A stretch of 61,849 bases of DNA, filler included, from Collodictyon triciliatum (lineage: Eukaryota): the NCBI GenBank assembly GCA_043381765.1. It is 4 parts of 4 records of this genome, joined end to end, with 100 filler letters (N's around TTAATTAATTAA, not from the genome) between each part and the next. Parts side by side here need not be neighbours in the genome. Positions count along the whole stretch, not along the records: positions 35,013 to 56,747 come from JBHJMP010000357.1; positions 56,848 to 61,849 come from JBHJMP010000359.1; 2 more parts are not named here. One strand, 5' to 3'. The notes beneath the pieces were generated by a model. It did no database searches. It saw only the letters and a program-made list of their open reading frames with translations, and was not told the DNA's origin. This document shows positions 40,098 through 59,389 of this stretch, piece by piece. Numbering within the stretch: position 1 is the stretch's first letter; the number at the start of each line of letters is the position of its first letter. The position numbers were made by a program, and so were the translations under genes.

Positions 40098-43000
40098 TTA
40101 TTTTCGTTGTGCCTTTTGTTTCTTGTGTTGGTGCTGGTGACCTTTGTGCGAATGTTTTCTCTTTGATCTCCGAACCTGGAAGATATGAAAAGTCCGGGCG
40201 TTTAGTTTTCATATTCGAAGGTCATATGAAAGAAAAGGAAGTTTGGAGGCCGAATCAATACAACTCAGCTACCGGCATGCTTTATTTCACCGTTATATGT
40301 GTACCTTGGGTGTAATTTTTTCTGCTGGTGCTTCTTCAGTTGCATCTTCTTCTTCATCTTCTTCCTCGCCAACTCTTTCTGCATCTTCCCCATCATCACC
40401 GGCAGCTGAGGATTCTCCCTCATCCTTTTCTGACATGTTCTTTACTTCAAATATTTTTTCAGTTGTAGACTCTTTCTCGTCTGCATCCCCTTCTTCTTCT
40501 TCCTCCTCATCCTCGGTGTCTGGAAGAGATATCTGAATTGGGTCTGGAATACTGCTCCAGGAGTCCGGATTTTCCATTTCCTCGTCTGTCAAAAGGCATT
40601 TGTCAAGAATCTTGCCGAAAAAAACAAATGGTGATCGGTTAGATTTGCCCAAGGTTTTCTTACGAGGAGATATATTAGGAATGCACCATCTTTTTCAACT
40701 GATAAGGATTCGATTAATGGAGAAATCAAAATGTGGCATACTGCGTGCAGTTTCTTTTTCTTCAATTTCGTTCCGATGAAGATAAGCTCCTGCTTTCGGT
40801 CACCCCACTTTGGGTCATAATCTTCCATTATCTCGTTGTATTCATCAGACCCTTCCTCAGGCCAGTCTTCCTTAGATGCCACGGCCCAGAATTTGTTTCC
40901 AGCCTAAAGATTGAATTCGAGGTTTTTTTTTATCTCTCATTGGCCTCGAGGCAGATTGAGATATGACATATAAAAATGAAAGTTGTCGTCCAAAAGACGA
41001 TTCGTATGCCTCAGTTGAATCAGTGTGTACTAACTTACTTCAACAGCAAGAATAGACCCTGCCTGATGAAGCTTTCCCATTCTCTTCATTTCAGTTGCTA
41101 TCCAGAAGAATCCTTTGCTCCGAAGAATGTTCTCAAAGAATGTTCCCTTAGTTAGGAGCTGTATGAAAATAAAAATATTCATTTTTGTGCTAGATGGTCT
41201 TGATGTTGTTCGGATATGGCTTCAGGAGAGGTTTTTCAGATTACTAATAGCTGCTGTGTATAAAACACCACAATGCTACAAGGTGAGTGAGTAAATGGTG
41301 AGAAATAACCTTGTGGAGTTTGACAGGGTGAAATGGTTTCCTTCTGACATAAATAACGTGATTGATGTCATATTCTTGAGTTTCCGGTACGTGAGAACCC
41401 CGGGGTTCCTGCGAATCAGGATATAGTTGCGTATCAATATAATATGTAATTGTAAATTCAGCAGAAAATTGTAGTTTTTTTGAATTTGACTTTCATGTCA
41501 TGAATTTAAAATAATAGGGGCAAACGTACATGGTGTGATGGGGCTGTGATGAAAGGGTGTGGTATGTTACCTTAAGCCACATCGGGTTATCAGACGCTTT
41601 GTCCATATCGAACATTGAGGTGTTCAAAATCTCTGAACTTGGAATCTTTCCTTTGACACTGCGAATAACCTTGGCAAATGGGTTCATCTGTTTGAACAGC
41701 GCTTCCAAGTCTCGCAAGTCCTTTTCCTTGGCCAAGTCGCACTGCATAAAAGGCAATTATGTTAGTCATATAATGTACGCGCGAGGGTTTCAAATAATAA
41801 AGTATGATTATATCATTCATTTATCGAGATTTATTCCAGCCACTGGAACGTTGTGCATTTTTTGTTACCTTGTTTATCACAATTACGTTGGCAAACTCGA
41901 TTTGGTCAACAAGCAAGTCTACAAGATTTCGTATGTCCCCTTTTTGAGCCTGCATCTTCATTTGCTTCAAGTTCTTTTTTGAAAAGTACATCTTCATGAA
42001 GTTCTTTGCTGTTCATATAAATGCAACTCGGTGTCAGTTTACTGGTTATTGGAGATGCAAAAGAGGATTGTAATCGTGTCGTAGATTTGTAAATAAAAAA
42101 GACATATATACATGATTACATGAAGATTTACTGTGTTTATTCATGAATACAGACCATCCACAACTGTCACCAATGTGTCGAGTTTCGCAACATCATTAAG
42201 AATCATTTTGGCAGGGTCGACTTCGTCTCCCGTCTTTTCGTCCTATACCCAACAAACATCGTTTATTAGTTGACAAAAAAATGATATCAAACGAGAATAT
42301 AATTGAGATTTTTATTCATACTTTACACAATCAGCATTATTTTCGAAAAAACAAACAGTTTGTTTGTTCACAATTTATGTCTAGAAAAAATTACTTTGAC
42401 TCCGTCAACAATCTCTTTCATATCATCGATGGTGAACGTGAATGTCTCGGCTACTGGAAGAGGCTCCGATATTCCTATGTCGTATAAATTAGAGCTAAAT
42501 TGTATTCATCTGGCGATATATATGAAGAATAAAAACATCTTTGCAATAGTCAGATAATACATTCTTTCAAAAAGGAAAAAAAGAAGAGAATAGTAAAAAT
42601 GACTTTGATAGTGGTCTCGAGACTAAGAAAGTTCAACACAACATTGCCTGGAAATAAGGGCGGTGTTTGACAGGAGGAATTGCGAAAGAGTCGCACAAAC
42701 AATTCAGAGAACGTCTCCATACCTGATGATTCGATAACCAAGTAGTCAAAGCGACCTTCCATGGCGAGCTTTCTCACCTCAATGAGCAGGTCCTTTTGTT
42801 GAGTGCCGTTATAAAAAATAGAGTGGGTGAGTGCGCACCATGCTTGATTGTCGTTGTTCGAAAGAGAAAGAAAATGAGATGGAAGGAAAGAGACACACAG
42901 GGGAACACAATCTACCTCGCGGAGAGTGCAGCAGATGCAGCCGTTGCTCAGCTCTACCATCGTTTCTTCAAGCCTTTGGAAGCCGACCTTCCCGCTTTGA

Positions 43001-43477
43001 ATCAGCTTTGCATCAATGTTGACTATGGTAGAGAAAAGGGATTCACAGCCATCAGTCAGATTAGTTTGGTATATAGCTGTACTCGCACAATTTAGACATG
43101 TTTTAGATGTTAACAGGTCCTTATGTAGCCTGACATATATATATATATTTGAATGGTATGTTGAGCACGTATTAAAGAAAAGAGAAAACAGAGCGTGGTG
43201 GATGTCAGAGACACTCGCTTGTTTTCGGTGGATATTAAATCGAGACTAAGTCGATGCTTTGAGTCTGAAAGGACTCGTCCTCACTTGAGCTCATGTCGTT
43301 GACGATGACGGCTATGCGGAGGGACTCTTCGTTGTTGAGCAGGTTGTTGAGCATGGTTGTCTTCCCGGCGCCCAGAAAGCCGGAGAGCAGCGTGACCGGA
43401 AGCTTCTTTGTAGCAGACGAGGCGGCCTCGGGCGACTGGGCAGCAGAGGCTTCCTGGGCACTTACTGAATCGGCCAT
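40098..43477 (-). CDS. COG0523 / CobW family G3E metallochaperone GTPase (YciC/ZigA-like), ~12 exons
   Basis: [77 protein letters not shown], CobW_C motifs RSKGFFWIA and [11 protein letters not shown]; acidic and then His/Lys-rich tail. Confidence 0.93.
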
Positions 43478-44740
43478 TGCGCTGTGGGTGTTTGTTGGCT
43501 TTGTGCTTGGAGATAAGGTCCTATTGCAGCATCGTTGTTTACAGGGCGGCTTATTTGGTTGAGTATGGATACATGCGTAGATGTCTATGCACCCAGAAGG
43601 ATGGATTTCAGTGGCACGTGACTTGGGAAGGCTGTTGATTTGATTATCAAACCCCGTTCTAACACACATACATGCGCACATACAAGATGTACATGCTATT
43701 CACATATGTTATATCAGCTCTCTTCCCTGTGTCACTTGTGTTCCTTGCCTCTTCGGCTGGTGTGGAATCTGGGATATTAGGGTGATTCGTCCTTGTGATT
43801 GTGACTGGGCGATGCGACAATGGCTTTCGGGCACTTAGTCGCCCTCATAAACCCGCTGCATCATTTTATACAAGTGTTCACGCGCCTGCTTGTGGTCTTG
43901 TGAGGAGCTTATTCGCGCCTTCCTGCTGGCTTTGGCTTCTTCCTTCTCGCTGTTCGCCCTGGCTTCCTGCCTCAGTTTTGGAATCTTCCCGCTCCAAAGA
44001 AGTCTCATCTTCCCTGGCTTCCTGAATTGATAGGTGCTCCTTCATGCCATTTTTGTGGAAATGGACCGAAAGATTTGCCTGTCTTTGCAACTTATCCACA
44101 TGAATCGGTTAGTGTTGGCCAAGTATCTACAAATGATTCAGTCGATTGTAGTAGTTTTCTTCTATATCATACACATGTATATTTTGGGGTTTCTCATCGA
44201 AATATAGTGGTCAAAACCATCCATAATTGACCAAATATTGATTCTTGTCTTTATTTTCCATATATAGATAGTATAATTGAATGTTTCTGTTTCGAGCAGT
44301 CGCATCCTTTCGCCCTTTTGCCTTTTATTTTCTTTTTCTTACCTGGCTGGCTCGCTTTGTTTCACAACCCAACATATTTCCTTCCTGCAAAATACAACAC
44401 AAACGCACATACACATACACTGTCCATCACACTCTGTCTACATTTGCTGTCCAACCACCTATTCAGAAGCAGCTGCTCATGCAAGACTTTTCCTCCAGCA
44501 ACTGTTGTTTATTTTCATTACTTCAGTTCCGTCTTTTTTTTTTTTTTTTCCTTTTCTTTTCATTCCTCTGCATAACCCAAAGCCGTATTCCCTTTAAACT
44601 TCCGTCCTCTGCGCTCTTATTCAGTACTACTACCCACAGAACCGAGCGCCTCAGTCAGCGGCTTTTTCAGCCCCTGACAACAGAGGACAACAGAACGCAA
44701 CTCAGTGAACCAAACCAAACCAAAGCCCCGATCGTGATCA

Positions 44741-46728
44741 ATGGACCCTGTCTCTCTGCCCGCTGTCCAAGAGGCCGATGCCAGAGAGTATCAGCAGGCC
44801 TTTGCGTTTTACTTCCAGCAGTTTGCCCGGCTCCACCCGGAGCCAAACCGACTTGTCTCGCTCATGCTTCTCTTCCACGATCCCGTGGAGGACGATTCGC
44901 AGCAGGTTCCGCCAGCCGATTCGCTGATCCTCGATGCGATCGAAAACCTGGAGGGCTTTGTGCATAGCACCACTCGCTGGTCTCACCACGGATTTCATCC
45001 AGCTTGGATCCATCTTTGCAAAGAAGTCGACTGCCTCTTTCATGTGCCGCCTCAGCGCTTTGCCGAGTTGGCTGCTGCGCATGGACTCGGCCAATTCATT
45101 CCTGACGACGCACATCTGCGTGCGCTGTTTTATGCGATTTCCTATCAGTCGCTTAGGAAAGTGCTCCTTTCCATCCCCAGTCTCCGAGTTGTTTTGGACC
45201 TTCGGAGCTCCTTGGATGATAATCTGTCGGCTGTGTCCATCCAGAGAATATTGATTACACTCTCCCAAATCATACGAGCCAGTATCGACAGACAGGACAT
45301 TTTGTTTCAAATCATTAACGAGCTCGCAGCTGCCCCTGTTGAGCAGCAGCCGAATACGCTCTACAGCTGCTTGAGAAACCTGGATGAGTCCAGCATTCCA
45401 ATTCTTCCCAACCTGTGCAATATCCTTCTTCAAGGAAGAGAAACCATTTTTGCTCTGATGCATCCTCTTTGCTACATGAGTTTATTTGAAAGCAGACAAC
45501 TGGCTTGTTTGCTGCGCTTGACCCGTGACTTGATCGAATGGTTCTGGGGCCACTTTATCGACACGCCCATAGTGAGTGAAGACGACCCTGATTTCATCCC
45601 TGAGTTGCCTATTATCTCTGACGTCCTATCCACTGCAGGGTTGGTTTTTATTATTTTATTTTATTGATACAACTAGCCCACCATTCACCTTTGACCTGTT
45701 GGCTAAATGTTCATCTATATTGCCCCTGACCACGTTCCCATCTAATTATATTTCTTTCACTTTTATTATTGTTTATACTGCAACGCATCCAGAACGGCAG
45801 CAGAGCGAGCTAACAGACCAACTCAGGACCCCCTTATGGCCTTGGTCGTCTTGACTCAGCCCCCAGATGTCACCACCAAACGGAAGAACTTGTCACCGGT
45901 TCCGGCGGTGATGTTTGTTAACAACGGACCTCCTTTGCTGACAAACACCTGGGTGCAAGTAACACTCGTAAAATTCGGTTCGCAAGAAGAGATCAATCAC
46001 TTGGAAGGTGAAACCGTCTATGGGATTCAGAGCGGAGGCAGCGTCGAATTCCATCGCCTTAAAATCACACAAACTTGCCTGCTGACATTCTGTTCTCATT
46101 TTTACTTGAAGTTTCAACTTTTGCAAGGAAACGGCACATTAAGACAGCCTGTACCTGGTGTCTACGTTTTTAGCAATCCTGTCAAAGTTCACGCACATAC
46201 TAAGCAATTAAAAGGTTCCCTTATACTTTATGATTAACTGCCCTCCCCTGCTTCTATTTTCTCCCCAACAATTATTATATGTAATTGATACAACCGTTCA
46301 TCTTCACTACATGTTATCCTTTCCGTGGACTGAAAAAAAAAAGAAGGAAAAATGGAGCGTAGTGTTCTTGATTTAATTTTTCATTATTTTTTTTTGTTCG
46401 TTTTATTAACATTATCAACTTTATTGATGCAGTCCCAGACGAGGTTGTGATTCCGCAGCTCCAGATGATTCTCCCTGATGCCGTTCCTGTGCATAGTGCC
46501 GGGGACATAGGCACAATTGTCGGGCATAACATCATACCATCCAATGACCTAGTGGTGATTTTTGGACATATGGAGGTTACGCCTGTCCAGTCAGAGCGCG
46601 GATGGGTGCAGTTTGCGATTCCTGCTTATGTGCAAGGCTGGCCCATGGAATTCCCTGTCACCATCAGATACAAAAACACAGAGACTTCGGCCTCCAATCA
46701 GGTGTTGTTCCGCTACTACACTCAATGA
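44741..46728 (+). CDS. Putative transcription factor: helical N-terminal region + p53/Rel/STAT-like Ig-fold DNA-binding domain + IPT/TIG domain
   Basis: Exons 44741-45639, 45792-46213, 46433-46728 are in frame. LVVLTQPP..RKNLSPVPAV..VEFHRLKI..FYLKFQL..SNPVKVHAH is followed by an IPT-like PQLQMILPDAVPV..TIVGHNI..VIFG..FAIP..FRY. Fold assignment by eye. Confidence 0.65.
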
Positions 46729-47636
46729 TGCATTAATACGAAAGACCAAACTACAGGAGAAAATATCAGTGCACTTGCGCAGACACGAAAAGAAAAAGAA
46801 AAAGAGAGATGAAGTATCCGAAAAGGAAAAGGAAAATGAAGAAAGAAAAAAGAAGGGAACTTAGAAGCTATTGGGTGGAAAAGGACGAGGCACAGGATGG
46901 AGATGATGCAGAGTTTATGAAGCAGTCGCAATCTAGCATTTGATGCCGACAACAACAAAAAAAAAAAAACACCTGATTATGCTCATTATTTTTTATATTC
47001 TTGATTTCATTTCCATTCCGACCCATAGCATGATTCTACTCCCATGACTTAGGCTTGCCATACACCCCTTCTTTTATGCATACTCTGTTCAACTGCCATT
47101 TTCTTTATTTTTTTATCTTTGGCTTCTGTTCGACTATATTTCCTCCTAGTTTTCCCTGCATCAATTTTCCATTTTCTTTTATTCGTTCATTCCTCTATCT
47201 CTGTCTCTCTGATATTTAATTATTCTTAATTTATTGAGAATAATTCAATACCGCTCTCATCATTTTTTTTATTTTCATATTTTCTCCTTTATGTCTAAAC
47301 CTCCCGGCAAAGCCACCAACCCACAAATAAAAGCAGTTTCCACCCTTAACCCCATAGCTCTAAAATAGGAAAAAGATCTATTCCATATTAGTCACGAGAT
47401 TGTGTGGCTTTTTCGCTGCCTTTGCTTCGCCAACCACAATCTTGCTGAAAGCATCAGCCCCAAGAAGATTCATCAGCACAAGAGCAGTCTTTTTCCATTT
47501 CTTCTTCTTTTTTATTCTATTTTATATTATTATACTTCCTTTCAAGCACCGAGAGTAGTCTCGAAGCATAACAAGAGGACTGCTTTGCTAAACGTCCCTT
47601 GGCAACTGACTCAGGCCCATCCCAGAGCGTTCGTCG

Positions 47637-53512
<5,876 letters not shown>

Positions 53513-53898
53513 CCAATCAGATTAAAAAAAAAAAAACAGCTTACATCCTGCATATCATATTTCGCCTGATAAAAATAAGGATGCGTTACACATTCCTTGC
53601 ATGGTCCACTTTATTTTCTTTTTCCTCCTCCTTTCAAAGCAAGGACGTCCAAATTATACATTAAGAATCGTAACGATGCACATATATTTTAGCAGCAAAT
53701 CTTTAGCAAAATACACCATTGATGTTATTATTATTTTATTTTATTTTATTTTAAAAAAAGAAGAAGAGATTAACAAGGATACAGCAGTGTAAGTGGCAAC
53801 AAAAAGTGTGAAATGCACCCATGTCAAGCAAGAAATAAAGCGTAGACACAAGCGCCCAAAGATAATTCCTAAATATGTCTCGTGAGTGCAATGCTGCT

Positions 53899-54565
53899 TT
53901 ATTCTCTCTCGAAAGAATCATCAAATCTGCTGTCCATATTAGCTTGGATGGCTTTCCACTTTGACAACGCGCACACTACCGCTGCCTTAGTCAGAACCGG
54001 TGACGACCAGAATGCGAACGAGCCCATGTCGTTGAACGACGTGAAGGATTCTCGCGGCTGGTATCCGAAAGCTTCCTGCATCGGCTCATGACTGTCCGGC
54101 AAGATTCCCTCGACGGCAGCCAAAAGCTCATTGGAAACAACGGATGCATCCTGATTTCTCTCCAGCTGATGATTATGTGTCGCTGAGTTGATATAAATGC
54201 TCCAATGTTTCTATATCTCCTACGCTTTGTATGTCTTTTACTAAATTATTTTCTGTGCGTGCCCACCTTCTTCCCGTTAAGAAGCTCAAGAACGTTGCAC
54301 CCGTATGTATATGGACGCAGAGCATTGCTTTTGCAATCACCACTGAAGAATGCGCATTCGAAGGAAGCATAGGGCTTCTTACATTCCCTTACAACAAAAC
54401 GAACCAAACCATGGCAAACCTCAATAACCTACATTTTTTTGCTCCTTCAGTATTATGTTAAGTTTTTCGTTTTTTTTCAATACGGTATATGCTCAAGGTT
54501 AATGATGTGTATCTTTCACGCGACCAAACCTGTTTTGGTGTGCCACCAATCCAGGAGAGTTTACT

Positions 54566-54660
<95 letters not shown>

Positions 54661-55640
54661 CACGAACGCTTCAAACTAACTTCTCGAACAAACAAATCAC
54701 AATTTTCATGAATATGCTATTACCCCGCGTCGCTTTCGCTCCACAGATTTATCAATAAATGGAGCGCAAGAGAGCTTGTATGAAGCTTGTCGTCCCCGTT
54801 GAAAAATGACCACGTTTGTACATCTTGCGCCCCTATGTTCAAAAGATTACAGGAATAATACCTTTATGTTTGTTTGACAAATAGATTCTAAGTTTTTGTC
54901 TCTGCATACCCAAGAAGTTAGATATATACACGCATTGTCCTTCTGTGAGACAACGACCGATGATGTAATTCGTGGCATTTGTGCGAGCCCTTAATAGCTC
55001 TTTGTAAATCCAAATCAAGTTTGCTTCATCGTTTCCAGGTACCCTGTTTAATTGGCATGTGAGTGAGTCATCACAAGAAATGCGGTCTGGTTGGTCGTTC
55101 GCCTTCATGCTTGAGTAGGGTGAGTTAAAGAAAAATGCATAGCCCAGAAATATATAATTATTTGACAGTGGGATATGAAATCTGAGACCTGTCGTTTACT
55201 TGTCTCTTCATCAAATAGCTCAGGTCGAAAACTGGGCGAGAGTAGAGATACAAGACAGTAACCACAGATGGATAGTAGAATGCTGTTAAATCAGGTCTTT
55301 CATATAATGCTCCAGAAAGTATCGACCTTTCACAAAATTAAAATTAAAAAAAAAGGAAAGAACTCTTCAATATTTTTTTCAGTTACTAGCGAAAATATAG
55401 AAATATGATACTTTGTTACCACTGAATGAAAGAGAATGAAATAAAAATGAAACGCATACCAAGTAATCAGGCTGCTTGCGTCTTTTTGCAGAATGAATAA
55501 TTCATAAGCTAACTCACAGTCACCAAGCAACTTGCTCTCTGACATAAAGCTGCATGTCCCATGTATGAAGTTGCACAATACACCAACGTCGATTGCATTG
55601 ACATTGTTTGGCTTTATAGCGGGTATCATTATCATTATCA

Positions 55641-55729
<89 letters not shown>

Positions 55730-56017
55730 NNNNNNNNNNNNNNNNNNNNNNNNNNNNNNNNNNNNNNNNNNNNNNNNNNNNNNNNNNNNNNNNNNNNNNN
55801 NNNNNNNNNNNNNNNNNNNNNNNNNNNNNNNNNNNNNNNNNNNNNNNNNNNNNNNNNNNNNNNNNNNNNNNNNNNNNNNNNNNNNNNNNNNNNNNNNNNN
55901 NNNNNNNNNNNNNNNNNNNNNNNNNNNNNNNNNNNNNNNNNNNNNNNNNNNNNNNNNNNNNNNNNNNNNNNNNNNNNNNNNNNNNNNNNNNNNNNNNNNN
56001 NNNNNNNNNNNNNNNNN

Positions 56018-56113
<96 letters not shown>

Positions 56114-56680
56114 CATGATTGAGATGTAAATTATGATTTTTCAAAGGGGGTTTCATGGGATTTATCATGTGTGCTTGTTCATTTGAAAATTATAAGTTTA
56201 TCATAAAAAAGAAAGATACCATCACCCTCTTTTCATAGTATGCATTTCGATTCTCTGAAATATTTGAAAACCATGTTGTTGGTAATGAGATTTCTTGGCC
56301 TGAAATGAAAATTTTGTTCAACTGCCAATAATTTTGCTTTCATTATCCCCTTATCTTAGTGTCCCTCTTAGAATTCATTATTATCGACTTATTTATTGAC
56401 TTATTTATTTAGTTTTACCATTATGCTTTCGTATATTGATAAATGGTCTGAATATAAAGTAGTTTCTTGGGTCGAGAGACGATTCATTGGGGTTGACTGA
56501 AAAGGGTCTGCCGTGTATCAGGTTACTATCTGTATGCACTTAACTCAATTCATGAATAATTTCCAACCTGTATGCATAATATACCATCTTCTGTACCAAC
56601 TTGGTTGGTTTATTGTGCTTCTCTACCCAAAACTTGTAGATTTTTGGGTGAGAATGACGAATCTTGAAAATAGAACTTGA
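53899..56680 (-). CDS. Hypothetical multi-exon protein, 5' end cut off by the contig edge
   Basis: In-phase GT-AG exons: YYAYRPFS..LDPRNYF, LPTTWFSNI..KRVMPNNVNAIDV, AFYYPSV, NFLGAQD..NGDDKLHTSSLA, AFFSGDCK, FAFWSSPVLT..*; function not recognised. Confidence 0.75.
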
Positions 56681-56747
56681 TTTTTGATTTTTGTTTGGTT
56701 TTTTTTTTTTAAAAAAAAAGTTCAATTATTAAATATCGTCCTTTTGG

Positions 56748-56847
56748 NNNNNNNNNNNNNNNNNNNNNNNNNNNNNNNNNNNNNNNNNNNNTTAATTAAT
56801 TAANNNNNNNNNNNNNNNNNNNNNNNNNNNNNNNNNNNNNNNNNNNN
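56748..56847. other. Artificial contig-join linker
   Basis: TTAATTAATTAA at 56792-56803 flanked by N runs. Confidence 0.95.
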
Positions 56848-57001
56848 ACAATAGACAATAGACAATAGACAATAGACAATAGACAATAGACAATAGACAA
56901 TAGACAATAGACAATAGACAATAGACAATAGACAATAGACAATAGACAATGGACAATGGACAATGGACAATGGACAATGGACAATGGACAATGGACAATG
57001 G
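56848..57001. repeat. (ACAATAG/ACAATGG)n 7-mer tandem repeat in an IFT172 intron at the contig edge
   Basis: Direct sequence. Confidence 0.95.
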
Positions 57002-57077
57002 AAAAGGAGTAAAATCAACATAAATGTCATAAAAAGTCTTTTGCATGCACTTAAGTTGACTCGGAATTAAATGAGAC

Positions 57078-57825
57078 CTTCCCGTCCAGCGTCCCAAACA
57101 CCAGTTCATTTGAATGCTGAGATGGCCACGTAAGACATGTAACAGATGACGAAGTAGGGAATTTATTGCAAATGCTTTTCTTGTCTCCCCATTCTACACC
57201 GAGTTTATATACGAAGACTATATTATCGCTTTGCGCAATAGCAAGTTTCGAGGAATCAGGTGAAAAAGCCATTCCGCGGATGACGTAGCTTTTTCCTGTC
57301 TGAAATTCAAAAAGAAAATAACACAATGAGACTCTCCAAACTATTCGTAATCAAGTTATACATGTATGTATATATCCTTTTTCAAAAAGAAATTCCTTTT
57401 CAATTTCTATGATTATAATTCAGACTTTTGGCAGATGGGAGAGATTGTATATATGTCTCAACGTGAACCAAATATAAATATGTAAGAAACATAAAAGGGA
57501 TGGCACAAATAAAATCGGAGCAAAAGAGATACTTGAAATGTGTCAAAAATGAGGTAATATTGAATGTAGGCATCTTGAATGTAGGTATCTTGAATATATG
57601 TATCTTGAATGGTAGTCGATTTTAGAAAGAAATATGAGAAACCTTCCCATCGGCCGGCTTTGTCGCAAACTTATCTCGCTTCTCACCGGTCTCATCGTAG
57701 AGAACAACGGTGCGATCCAAAGTCACAACCGCCAAGCGTTTCCCGTTTGCAGACCAGCACATTGCAGTGACTTTGGCGATGCCATCCTGAGCGGATTGCA
57801 CTGTTCGAATGTGTCTCAGCTGCAT
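57078..57825 (-). CDS. IFT172: Intraflagellar transport protein 172, first two exons only (rest beyond the contig end)
   Basis: Exons 57825-57643 and 57299-57078: [38 protein letters not shown]|..[44 protein letters not shown], the characteristic IFT172 N-terminus. Confidence 0.93.
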
Positions 57826-58019
57826 CCTTCTTTCTTACTTGCCTTTGGGCGGGTACGAGTCCTTAGTGTTCTGATTCGTTTGTTCTTTGGAACTTTTATC
57901 AGATGGTTTGATTCTAAGTTTTTGAATTAGGTTATTAATTCGAAACGATTACGTGATTGATTGTTTGTTTTTTTTTGGTTTTTTTTGGTTTTTTTTGGTT
58001 TTTTTTTGGTTTTTTTTTT

Positions 58020-58065
<46 letters not shown>

Positions 58066-59389
58066 NNNNNNNNNNNNNNNNNNNNNNNNNNNNNNNNNNN
58101 NNNNNNNNNNNNNNNNNNNNNNNNNNNNNNNNNNNNNNNNNNNNNNNNNNNNNNNNNNNNNNNNNTTTGGTTTTTTTTTTTTGGTTTTTTGTCTGTGAAT
58201 GTGTATCCTATTAACTTTTATCTTTTGGAAACTGTACTTATGGGCTTTTGTCAGAGTTTGTTATTATGAGTAAATGAGGGGAAGATATTTTTAATTTGTA
58301 CTAATAAAGCAAGGAAGAAATATTAACTCAACGCCAGAAAGTGTTTACCTTTAGACCGGTATCGAGAAAGGACGTGTTCTCAAAGGCGCTTTTGGCAAGG
58401 AATAGATAATCTATGAAAAAGTTTACAGAATCTTATCTTCTTACACCATAAAGCAAAGCTCGATCAGCGACGCGGTCACACGAACATTTGTGTATTCATT
58501 CGATGCCGTGTCATCTTTTTCTCCTTCGCTCAATAAATCCAAACACAATTCGTAGGAGAAACGAAGAATTCTCTTGAGATTGTTGTATATCAAGACTTTT
58601 GGGCTGCAAACAATTAAAATATATTGCTCGCTTTAAGTCCATAGAATGTCCCTTTCCCTCGTTTCGCTTCTTGTCTTTTGTATTCTCCGCATTTACTGAA
58701 ACGGAAACATAATAAAAAACAATAAAAAAAAATGGTAAAAATGGTATAAAAAATAAAAATATATATATAAGTTAGTTCCTTTTGCTGCTTCTCAAGCTGG
58801 GCAGCTTACAAAAACCGGGCGAGCGTGATGATCAAATCTGAGGGGGCTGATTCAGAATCGCAGCAAATTTTTGAACCTGGATATTTCATTGAATGAAATC
58901 ATATCTGGAATTATAACGGTAACCCAAAAATGGTCTTCCGTTGTGTAGTGCACGGCTTAGTTACAAAGTCCCGAAGAAAATGATGTCCTTTTCTTACCAA
59001 ATGACTTCACAAAATTATCCAAAGGGGGTTTGAATATGTAGGCAGATATAAAAGACCAAAAATGGCCGAATCAAAAGAGTATTTCTGGTTTAATCATTCG
59101 ATATAAAGGTCTCAGTGTGATAAATTATATTTTCCAGATTTATTAAAGGGTGTGCTGTCATGCTTTCGGGGTTTCCCTTTCGTGATGGAACGGCTCAAAG
59201 TTTTATTCAGGGTTGGTGTGTGCGATGAGTAGAGGGAAAGGCGCGCGTTATAGAGCAATTTTTTTTATCTTGAAGTTGAAAAAAATGTCTGAGAAAATGA
59301 AAAAAAAAAAAAAAAAGGATTGACAAAGGAGAAAAAAAATATTCACCTTTAAACAAGACAACAAACTACCTATCCAGGCTTTATATTGC

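Noticed and set aside
54839-54910. Apparent in-frame TGA / tiny intron suggesting readthrough or an alternative genetic code
   Set aside because: Explained by a normal GT-AG intron starting after FLG (G|GTATGC); all reconstructed genes fit the standard code.
56210-56219. Donor GTATCTTTC (minus strand) as a possible U12 GT-AG intron
   Set aside because: Lacks the CC of GTATCCT and no CCTTAAC-like branch site precedes the AAG acceptor at ~55612.
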